From contig OX597827.1 of NCBI GenBank assembly GCA_951406725.2, positions 59,582,001-59,646,000 of the forward strand: a stretch of DNA of 64,000 bases, in the 5' to 3' direction. Each line of letters opens with the position of its first letter. The first letter of the stretch is position 1. This document shows, piece after piece, positions 54,417 to 64,000 of the stretch. The notes beneath the pieces were generated by a model, which was not told the origin of the DNA, did not search any database, and worked only from the letters and a program-made list of their open reading frames with translations. Position numbers and translations under genes: made by a program. This stretch comes from Octopus vulgaris (Eukaryota).

Positions 54417-54779
54417 ACAGCAGCAGCAGCAGCAATATTAAACACACCCATACGAAATTGACTTTTCCTTTCTTTTGTCCTGGGTAAATCATCCACACAC
54501 TAGAACAAAATGTTCTTAAGAAACTGATAGTCAGAAAATCTGTTTTATATTTTACTGTCCATTGAATGGAGTAAAGATGGCGGAAATGTTTCCTACGCTG
54601 GCCTTTTATCGTTTTCAGTAGTTTTAAGAAAGAAGTTTTATTTTCCATTCAACCGAGTTAAAATAATTCATCTTTATTTGCTTTCGATGTTATATAGAAT
54701 ACACATTGATATGTAGGTGACACGCTTAAATTATTCTCAAGAATGTGTGTGGGTATATATATCTGGGTGTGTGCCAGAG

Positions 54780-54838
<59 letters not shown>

Positions 54839-54853
54839 CCCACACACACACAC

Positions 54854-55733
54854 ATAGGGTGCGATGGGTGAATTGTCGCCATTTAATATATTTTATTTCG
54901 CGCATGCCCATTGTTTGTTTTTGATTTTGTCTACTATACAGTATAGTAGGGTCAGTTGGGTACCGTCTGTGAGAAAAACAGTCTCATGAGGCAATTCACT
55001 CTAACAGAAATTTGGAAACGACATGCTATACGGCTTGGTATTCGCGCCGGAAGCGCCAATACGAACATTTCAGAGTGTTTAGGTGTCAATCTTCGGACAG
55101 TGCAATCTGATGACATGTACCGAGAGTGATGAAAAAAATCAAACATCCAGTCAACATCATAGTGTTTGGAGTGATCACTAATGATGGCGACGTTATGCCT
55201 CCATTCATCTTCCCACACGGCCTCAGACTCAACGCGGAGGCCTACATCAAGTTTCTGTCGGAGGTAGTGCTACCATAGGTAAAGAAGCTCGTTGCCTGAA
55301 GACCCTATATCTGACAACAGGATTCTGTATCATTCCACATAAGCAGGAGAACCCAGTCATGGCTGTTAGACAATTTCTGCGAACACATCACCCCTAACAT
55401 CTGACTACCTAACTCCCCAGACTGCAATCCCCTTGATTATTATGTATGGGGTGCAGTTCAGTGAGAGACCAGCAAAACTCCTTGTAACACCAAAGATGAA
55501 CTGAAGGCAAGGATTACGACAGCATTCACCAACTTAAACCGTCCAGAAGAGGTGCAGGAGATTCCGATTTCATCTGGAGGCCGTGAATGAAGCCAATCGC
55601 GATTTTATTGAATAAATTTACTCCTTAGTATTTCAAGATAGTTTCATGTAATTTTGGTAAATATACCTATTAAAATGAGATGTTAGTGTTATCTTCATTT
55701 TTGCGTAATTTAGACGACAGTTCATTCACCTTG

Positions 55734-55735
<2 letters not shown>
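54854..55735 (+). pseudogene. DD37D (maT family) Tc1/mariner transposon relic
   Basis: ATG at 54986: MRQFTLTEIWKRHAI..ISECLGVNLRTVQ (HTH-like). After an internal deletion: KHPVNIIVFGVIT..QQD-(37 aa)-DYYVWG with SPDCNPLD, ending at 55615. Several in-frame stops and degenerate TIRs. Confidence 0.9.
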
Positions 55736-55824
<89 letters not shown>

Positions 55825-55853
55825 TCGGGGTGAGTACTTGATAATTATAACGG

Positions 55854-55886
<33 letters not shown>

Positions 55887-55904
55887 ATATATATACATAT
55901 ATAT

Positions 55905-56069
55905 ATCTTGATAGAAATGGCAAGACAACAAAAGAATGAAAGAGACCTCGATATATATGTAAATAGAGGAATTTATCTGTAAAAATAATATGTGATAAAA
56001 CTACGGGTTTCGGATGTCGGAGTTTTATCATAGCTACCGAATAATTGTCACATATTATTTTTACAGATA
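55905..56069. mobile_element. Fold-back repeat fragment (Penelope-like inversion)
   Basis: 55974-55998 is the near reverse complement of 56045-56069. A second inverted pair is TGATAAAACT/AGTTTTATCA. Confidence 0.6.
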
Positions 56070-56074
56070 TATAC

Positions 56075-56136
<62 letters not shown>

Positions 56137-56194
56137 ATAAGCACAAATACAAACATACACGCAAACACACACTCACACATTATATGCATGAATA

Positions 56195-56367
56195 TTTATA
56201 TACAATGGGCTTCTTTCAGATTCAGTTTTCCAAATCCATTCGTACGGCTTTTTGTCAACCCGGGGCTCTAGTTGAAGATACTTGCCCAAGGCGCCACGCA
56301 GTGAAACTGAACCCAATACCTTGTGGCTGGGAAGCAAATTTCTTACTACATATCCATACCTGCACCT
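56195..56367 (-). mobile_element. SINE family A, 5' half
   Basis: GGGCTTCTTTCAG..CTTGCCCAAGGCGCCACGCAGTGAAACTGAACCC. Confidence 0.75.
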
Positions 56368-56379
56368 ATATATATGTGT

Positions 56380-56434
<55 letters not shown>

Positions 56435-56896
56435 TGAGAGGCGAACATACTCGATCTCTTTAATACTCTGCATTTGCTTGACTACACAAACACACACAAA
56501 CATACACATATGCACATACTGTGACACACAGTTATCTATATCTATACACACAGACATTCAAATGCCCTCACACACACATAGATACACACACATACATACA
56601 CCCCCTCTCCCAAAGGTGATCCTTTATTAGAACGTCCCTTTTAATTGCATTCTTAACTATAAATCATGGTCGTTTATCAACTGATTTTGGCAGCCAGCTT
56701 TTTGTTAGCGCGTAAACATACATACATATATATATATATATAAATATATACATACACGCAAACACACTCATATATATATGCACCCACATATGTGTGATTA
56801 TATGTATGTACGTATGTGTGTATGTATGTATGCATGTATGTATGTACGTATGTATGTATGTATGTATGTATGTATGTATGTATGTATGTATGTATG

Positions 56897-56976
<80 letters not shown>

Positions 56977-57600
56977 GATAGATAGACAGATACCCAGGCA
57001 GACAGGCAGATAGATAGATAGATAGATAGATGTGAGATACCTATCCATGTGGGACCGGAAATCACGTGTCATGTTTAATTAGAGAGAAAGGCAGAGAGAG
57101 AAAGAGAAAGAATGGAAGAAAAAGGAAAAGAGAAGTAGGCGGTGAGGACCAAAATTGATGAGATACTTGTCTGTTTCTTTGTTTTTTACATCCCCGACTC
57201 TTGTCGTGTCCCCTAATGAAACTGTGTCCTTTAAAATCATAGTCCTTTCAAAATTTTCTCGTTGTTTATACTTTTCATTTTCTATGAAGTCTGTTTCTTT
57301 GCTTCACGTCTCAGTCGGGAGTTCAAACTCAGCAGAGAAAAAAGGTCGTTTGACATACATACATACATACATACATACATACATACATACATACATACAT
57401 ACATACATACGTACATACATACATACATACATACATACATACATACATACATACATACATACATACATACATACATACATACATACATACATACATACAT
57501 ACATACATACATACATACATGCATACATACATACATACATACATACGTACATACATACATACATACATACATACATACATACATACATACATACATACAT

Positions 57601-57935
57601 AACAAGCCTACCAAAAGCACTACTAGCCATGCTGATTCTGTATGAAATTTCATCATCAAAACCAGCAGTGCTCAAGGTACTTCCTAAATAAATGAATCTA
57701 GGTACTGTCTACAAACCTTTGACCATTCACAGTTATAAAAAGTTCTACATACATCCTGGAGGGATCGGGCTGGTAGATTATAACAGTTTTCTTTAGATTG
57801 TCAGACCCAATACTGTTCATGCTGCAAAAATTGTATTCACCATGTGCTGCATACCTTTCTGAGATTGTGCCAACAGGTCACCATCATCTGCATACAGAAA
57901 CTCAACAAGGTGAGAATGCAGAACTTTCGTAAAGG
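57601..57935 (-). pseudogene. RTE-like LINE reverse transcriptase fragment
   Basis: EFLYADDGDLLAQSQKGMQHMVN...GLTI...FIYLGSTLSTAGFDDEISYRISMASSAFGRL, with frameshifts. Ends at a (TATG)n tract. Confidence 0.85.
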
Positions 57936-58724
57936 TAACAGTACATACATACAAACATACATGCATACATACATACATACATACATATCCAATCCAACAA
58001 TGGAATTGTAAAATCTGTAAAACTTTCCAGAAGTTTATCATGTCTAGATATGCAAATATATGCATGTGAAGACATGCATAAAACAAAACATACCAATCTG
58101 CACATATACATACGTACATGCATGCAAAAAATACCCTGTTGCTGATGTTGAAATTCCAATGAAGGATCCTTGGATCTAGGTTAGAAACCGGTTCTTTCCC
58201 CATTGGCAAGAAATCTTGAAATAAAACTAAATAATGACATACATACATATACACATGCATGCATGAATAAGTACATACATGCGTACATACAACACACACA
58301 CGCGCACACATACACGCACACATGCACGCACATACACACACGTATAGTATATTTGTGATGGGCTTACCGCAGCTTCTGTCTTACTGATGTAATATACGAA
58401 ATACGTATTGACGAATTAGTTTTAGAAACATCGGACAGAATACCTGTGTGTGTATGTATGTATGTGTGTATGTATGTATGTATGTATGTATGTATGTATG
58501 TATGTATGTATGAATGTGTGTGTGTATGTATGCTTGTATGTATATGTGTGTGTGTAGTGTGCATGTATATATATATATATATGCGTGTGTGTGTGTGTAT
58601 GTATATATGTATGCACTATATATATATATATATGTGTGTATGTATGTAGGTAGGTATGTATGTATGTGTGAGTGTAGTATATATGTACATATGTGTGTGT
58701 GTATGTATATATGCGTGTAGTATG

Positions 58725-58761
<37 letters not shown>

Positions 58762-59166
58762 ATGCATGTATATAGTAATAACCAACCAAGAGATTGATGA
58801 ATTAATAATGAAATATAAATACAAAAAGACACACACACGCAGACTCACACACACACACACACACGCAGACTCACACAGACACACACACACGTAGACTCAC
58901 ACATATATATGAGAATGTGCAGAAACACATTCTTGTTCTTTTTTCTCCTTTTCTTTCCCCTCTGCCTTCTTCTTCGCCTTTATCCTCCATCAGCGTGCGT
59001 CAAACCTAATGACAGACAAACCACATAACCCACTTAATTATAAGATTTTTTTTTGTACGACAATGCTCCTTCATTATGCCTTTCAAAGCTAATACTTCCC
59101 CACACCAGGAGCGTCGTTGTACCTGCTATGAACACAATAGTCAATGCGGTTTTTCTAGTCAGCCAT

Positions 59167-59378
59167 TTTTACTCTTTTACTTGTTTCAGTGATTTGACTG
59201 TGGCCATGCTGGAGCGCCGCCTTTAGTCGAGCAAATCGACCCCAGGACTTACACTTTGTAAGCCTAGTACTTATTCTGTCGGTCCCTTTTGCCGAACCGC
59301 TAAGTTACGCGGACGTAAACATACAAGTATCGGCTGTCGAGCGATGTTGTGGGGACAAACACAGACATACAAACTTAT

Positions 59379-59434
<56 letters not shown>

Positions 59435-59590
59435 TTATATACGACGGGCTTCTTTCAGTTTCCGTCTACCAAATCCACTCACAAGGCTTTGGTCGGCGGG
59501 AGGCTATAGTAGAAGACACTTGCTCAATGTGTCACAGTGGGACTGAACCCGAACCATGTGGTTTGTAAGCAAGCTACTTACCACACATCC
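59167..59590 (-). mobile_element. SINE family A
   Basis: Reverse-complement match. Confidence 0.88.
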
Positions 59591-60225
59591 ATTCCTACAC
59601 CATCCTTAATATATCATACAAACTATCAGATAAATTATTCGTTCTTTTAACCAGGCTCTCTGTCGTGTCGTGGTCTCTCCACTCGCAGAGCGAACCCTCT
59701 AAGTCACTAGTTTAGCGATCCCAGAAGAATGGAAAGTTAAGTTGGCCTCGTCAGGATTTGAATATAGCGCTTAAAACCGGAACTTAAAACCGAAAGGCAT
59801 TTTGTTCGACGCTCTAGTGATTCTGCTAATCTACCGCTTAAGTAGCTTAACTTTCTTGATCTTTATTTCGATCTGATAATGGAGTTTACAGAGGTGTGAC
59901 CATTAATGTTGTTTCCCATTAAACGTCTTCCTTTTTTTTCTTTTTTCTTATCGTTAATTCATAAATTATAGACGTTCTCTGAGTGGTGGTGATGGTGGGT
60001 GTTGGTGGTGGTATTGCTGATGGTGGTGAGATAAATGTGGTTGACACAAGATGAGATATCCTGCTCAAAGCCGTATTTTTTTTTTGTGTAGTAATAACTA
60101 AGTGATCGGTGAATTAGTAATGAAACAATGCAGGTAAAAAGTTCAGTTGAAAAGCGAATAGACATTTTCATAAATAAGGTGAGCGAAATGGGAACAGAAA
60201 GTCAGTGAGGTGTAATAGGTGTATA

Positions 60226-60272
<47 letters not shown>

Positions 60273-60397
60273 TTGTGTGTGTGAGTGTGTGTGTGTATGT
60301 GTTTTGTGTGCGCGTATGTGAGAACACAGGCGTACCTACACACAAACGTCCCCGTGCTAACGATTCTGCCTGCTCACCGCCTTAGTTGATAATAATA

Positions 60398-60428
<31 letters not shown>

Positions 60429-60449
60429 TAATAGAAGAAGATTCTAACT

Positions 60450-60629
60450 GGGCCCCACCTGCAAGGTCATGTGCTGTTTATCTTGATATGAGATCACCAT
60501 GTCGCGCACACATGGTTGTGATGCATGTGCCTAGTGTACCCTTATCAGACGGGTAGTCATGATGGGTATACTGGGTTTCGTATATTTTACCCCAGTGTCA
60601 CTTTGATGGCATGCACTGCTTTCTCACTC

Positions 60630-60630
<1 letters not shown>
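60450..60630 (+). mobile_element. Probable retroposon 3' end between (AAT)n tracts
   Basis: Complex-sequence block ending CTCACTC(AAT)n and preceded by (AAT)n. Single copy in this window, so the family is not confirmed. Confidence 0.4.
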
Positions 60631-60686
<56 letters not shown>

Positions 60687-60689
60687 CAT

Positions 60690-61222
60690 GATTTCTTTAT
60701 TAACAACAAGGGCTTACATTAAGAAAAAAACATTACGGATAGCACAGGGAAAAACAAAGAATGTGTGTGTATGTGTGTGTTGTGAGGGTTTTGCGTGTAA
60801 ACAAGACTAACAAAATTTTAAAATAAAGAATCCTCAATAGGGACGAGGTGTTCGAGGGCTGCTCATGAAATAACCCCATAAAAAAAAAAACCATGGGTAC
60901 CCTGAATTTTGGGGTAGGTGCCTTCTTCTCCTTTCCTTTTTTTTTTTCCAACCACAGGCGTATGCTCAGGGCAGACCCGTTCACTCGTACCATTCTCGCC
61001 ACTTTCATCCACCTTTCAGCAAACTAGCTAGAAGACAACACCACCCTCTCTGCCCTCATTTTCCTTTTTAAGTGAAACTTGAAGAAGTTCATCAGGGATT
61101 GGCCAAAGAGAAACGTGTTTGACTTCAGCGCCGTCAATCTCGTCCACCGTATAACCTCTTTCGCAATGACAACCAGGAACATAAAAAACAGTCTTTCCTT
61201 CCCGGTTAAAGGAAGGTGGCCA
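60690..61222 (-). pseudogene. Tx1/L1-like LINE ORF2 C-terminus and 3' UTR
   Basis: Minus strand encodes LVIAKEVIRWTRL..GQSLMNFFKFHLKRKMRAERVVLSSS*FAERWMKVARMV. The UTR ends GCCCTTGTTGTTAATAAAGAAAT, like family H. Confidence 0.65.
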
Positions 61223-61243
61223 TAGATTCAATAACAATATTAA

Positions 61244-61278
61244 AGGAGTGGCTGTGTGGTAAGAAACTTGCTTTCCAA

Positions 61279-61320
<42 letters not shown>

Positions 61321-61485
61321 TATACGGCGGGTTTCTTTCAGTTTCTGTCTCCCAAATATATTCACAAGGCTTTGATCGGCTCGAGACTATAGTAGAAGAC
61401 ACTTGTCCAAGGTGCCGCGCAGTGGAAATGAACCCGAAACGATGTTCTTGGTACGCAAGCTACTTACCACACAGCCACTCCTGCG

Positions 61486-61488
<3 letters not shown>
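61244..61488. mobile_element. Two opposed SINE A 5' ends forming a fold-back
   Basis: AGGAGTGGCTGTGTGGTAAG (61244-61263) and its exact reverse complement (61463-61482), separated by (CA)n and a minus-strand 5' half. Confidence 0.85.
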
Positions 61489-61548
<60 letters not shown>

Positions 61549-61570
61549 TTTCTCCCCTTGTTTTTTCTGT

Positions 61571-61612
61571 GTCCCTTTCTGTAGAAGAGCGTAGGCTCGA
61601 AACGTAAAAGAC
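61571..61612 (+). ncRNA. Family G hammerhead-like variant
   Basis: GTCCCTTT CTGTAGA A GAGC-GTAG-GCTC GAAA CG TA AAAGAC. Related copies at about 22804-22845 (-) and 48165-48206 (+). Confidence 0.5.
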
Positions 61613-61700
61613 TTTTTCTATTGCTGAGCGTTATACTAATACATCTGTTTGTTTTCTACACCACCTGTGTTCGTCTTTTGTTTTTTTCGTAAACTCTCCC

Positions 61701-61774
<74 letters not shown>

Positions 61775-62377
61775 TATGTATGTACGTATCTGTTTATTTG
61801 TGATTATGTTAATGTGTAAGCTTATATGCCAGCACATAAGCGTTTGTGTACAATACTTAGATACCTTACAATGCCTGAGGCCTTACGAACGTGAGAAAGA
61901 CAGTCATGTGACTAGCAATCACATGAGCGACGTCATCATCAACGTCAAGTCTGCCATTATATCTTTACGAGAAAAGCGGTTGATTATAAAAATGGCCCTC
62001 GACTTGTGTGTTTGTGCTTCTGTTTATAATATCACTGTGTTTGTCATGTGTGAACACCTATGTTAGCGTCTGTGTGTATGTATGTATGTATGTATGTATG
62101 TATGTATGTATGTATGTATGTATGTATGTATGTATGCCAGCATGTATACGTGTGTCAATGTGTATGTACGTGAAGGCGTATGAGCGTGAATATATGGAAG
62201 ACTATATGTGTATGTTTGTAAATGTCTACCCATAAATGCGTGTGGCTGTTTCCGTCGATGGATTTTGAATGTCTATATGTATATTAATGTGTGTGTGTGA
62301 TTTTGGGGTGCAAGTGAATATATGTATATTCTATATATGAACTTGTAATCGGACGAGCATGCACAGGCAAAGGTACG

Positions 62378-62453
<76 letters not shown>

Positions 62454-62707
62454 CATCTATCTATCTACATGTTTGTCCGCTTGTCTATCTGTGAATGTGC
62501 TCATGTGTCAGTGTATGTGCGTGTATTAGGGGTGTGTGTGTATGTGTGTGTGTGAATGCATGTAGAGAAGTTAGTGGAACCCTGTTTGTTAAAATCATTA
62601 CTACTACTACTACTTAATGCGAAGTCATAATAATTAACAACAACAACAACAATAATAATAATGATGATGATGATGATGATGATGATGATAATAATAATAA
62701 TAATAAC

Positions 62708-62751
<44 letters not shown>

Positions 62752-63617
62752 GCTCCTTGAAATCCATCAAGGATATTTTTCCCTTGTTACTATGGTAATG
62801 GGTGGATATTTCCTTGTTGCCATTCCTGTCTGTTCATCTTCGTTACATTCATCACACTAACACTTATCCTATCCTCCCACCTCTCTCTCTCTCTCTTTCT
62901 CCATCTCTCATTCCGCCCTCTCTTTCGCTCTTTGTTTCTGTCGTGGCCACTGTCTGTCTGAGTGCCAATATGTCTGCCTCTTAGATCACGGCTACGGCCA
63001 TGTTGCTCATTTGACATCTGGAAGATAATTAGGTCTCTCCCTCTCAGTTTCTTCCTCCCAGTCTCTCCCTTTCACTCTCCCTTTTCTCTCAGTTTCTATT
63101 TCCTCCCCCCCTTCATCTCCTGGCTTTTTGTCTTGTTCACCGACAAAGTCTTTCTTTCCTTTAAGTTCAGTTTTACACCATGTTGCATGTTCTCCCTTAT
63201 TTTGGCTATAAGTCAGCTTGAAAGTAGAAAAAAAAAGGTGCCCATCACCCCCACTAGCGCCACCACCGCAGTAATGTGCCAGTTCCGGCATTTGATTCTC
63301 AAAGGAAAAGAGGTTGCTAAAAAGAGCTAAACATGTTACCTTCAATTTGGTTTTAAGTGCCTGTCTTCACTAATGGCCATGAATGTTGATATATATATAT
63401 ATATATATATATCCATCCATCCATCCACATACATACATACATATACACTTTTTTATCCAAGGGGAGGCAATAGGAGCAACAACCACAGGAACACCACAAA
63501 ATTCAAAGATAGACCAAACACATGCAAAACTTATATACTAGTTTATATACTAGTCTATTTCCAGTCCGTTTTATATCTTGGGTGTTGTTGTCACTCAAGA
63601 TATAACTTTATATTTTG

Positions 63618-63655
<38 letters not shown>

Positions 63656-63891
63656 AGAGGGGTTTAATACCTCTAAGGGATAATAAAAATCCAGAGTCGC
63701 CCCTGGCTATTAGCTGGGTAGGTACAGTCTTTTGTAAGGTTGAACGGTAGTAAGTGGTTCGGTTGGTGAACCGGAGTTTAGGTTATATAGGAGAAGAAAA
63801 TGGATAAAACAACAATGAGAAACTCGTGGTTTACGTTGGTATGTCTTTCATTAAATAGGTAAGAAAGAAGGAAGAAGCAGAGATGAGGGTA

Positions 63892-63942
63892 GCATTTACG
63901 ATCGTTTAGATTTACTGGTTTAAGTAAATCTCTTCAGAATGC
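63892..63942 (-). ncRNA. Type I hammerhead ribozyme with a single G12U substitution
   Basis: Minus strand: GCATT CTGAAGA GATTTACT-TAAACC-AGTAAATC TAAA CGATCG TA AATGC. Perfect stems I and II, palindromic stem III, GTA triplet. Confidence 0.8.
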
Positions 63943-64000
63943 GAAAATAGATAGATGCATCGGTTAAGATGCGAAAACAATTGATACATATGTGATGGTA

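Overview
AT-rich, eukaryotic, apparently non-coding window (intron or intergenic). It is dominated by microsatellites ((TA)n, (CA)n, (TATG)n, (TATC)n, (AAT)n, (TAG)n) and interspersed repeats. The SINE families and repeat density resemble an octopod cephalopod genome (inference from my recall, no search run). Almost all ORFs in the track are microsatellite read-throughs, and I cannot support any intact host gene. Supported content: four tRNA-headed SINE families (A-D, three copies with clear 11-12 bp TSDs), decayed LINE fragments (R4/Dong-like REL, RTE-like, Tx1/L1-like), DNA transposon relics (DD37D maT, mariner, hAT-like, a GG..CC MITE), and short repeats carrying minimal type I hammerhead ribozyme (HHR) motifs with palindromic stem III. 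The HHR set is the most interesting signal. One motif is canonical (8450-8523), one has a single core substitution (63892-63942), and several are variants. One variant lies in a tandem-plus-inverted 290-360 bp repeat resembling a Penelope pLTR or non-LTR retrozyme. All alignments and folds were done by eye, so boundaries of decayed repeats are approximate.
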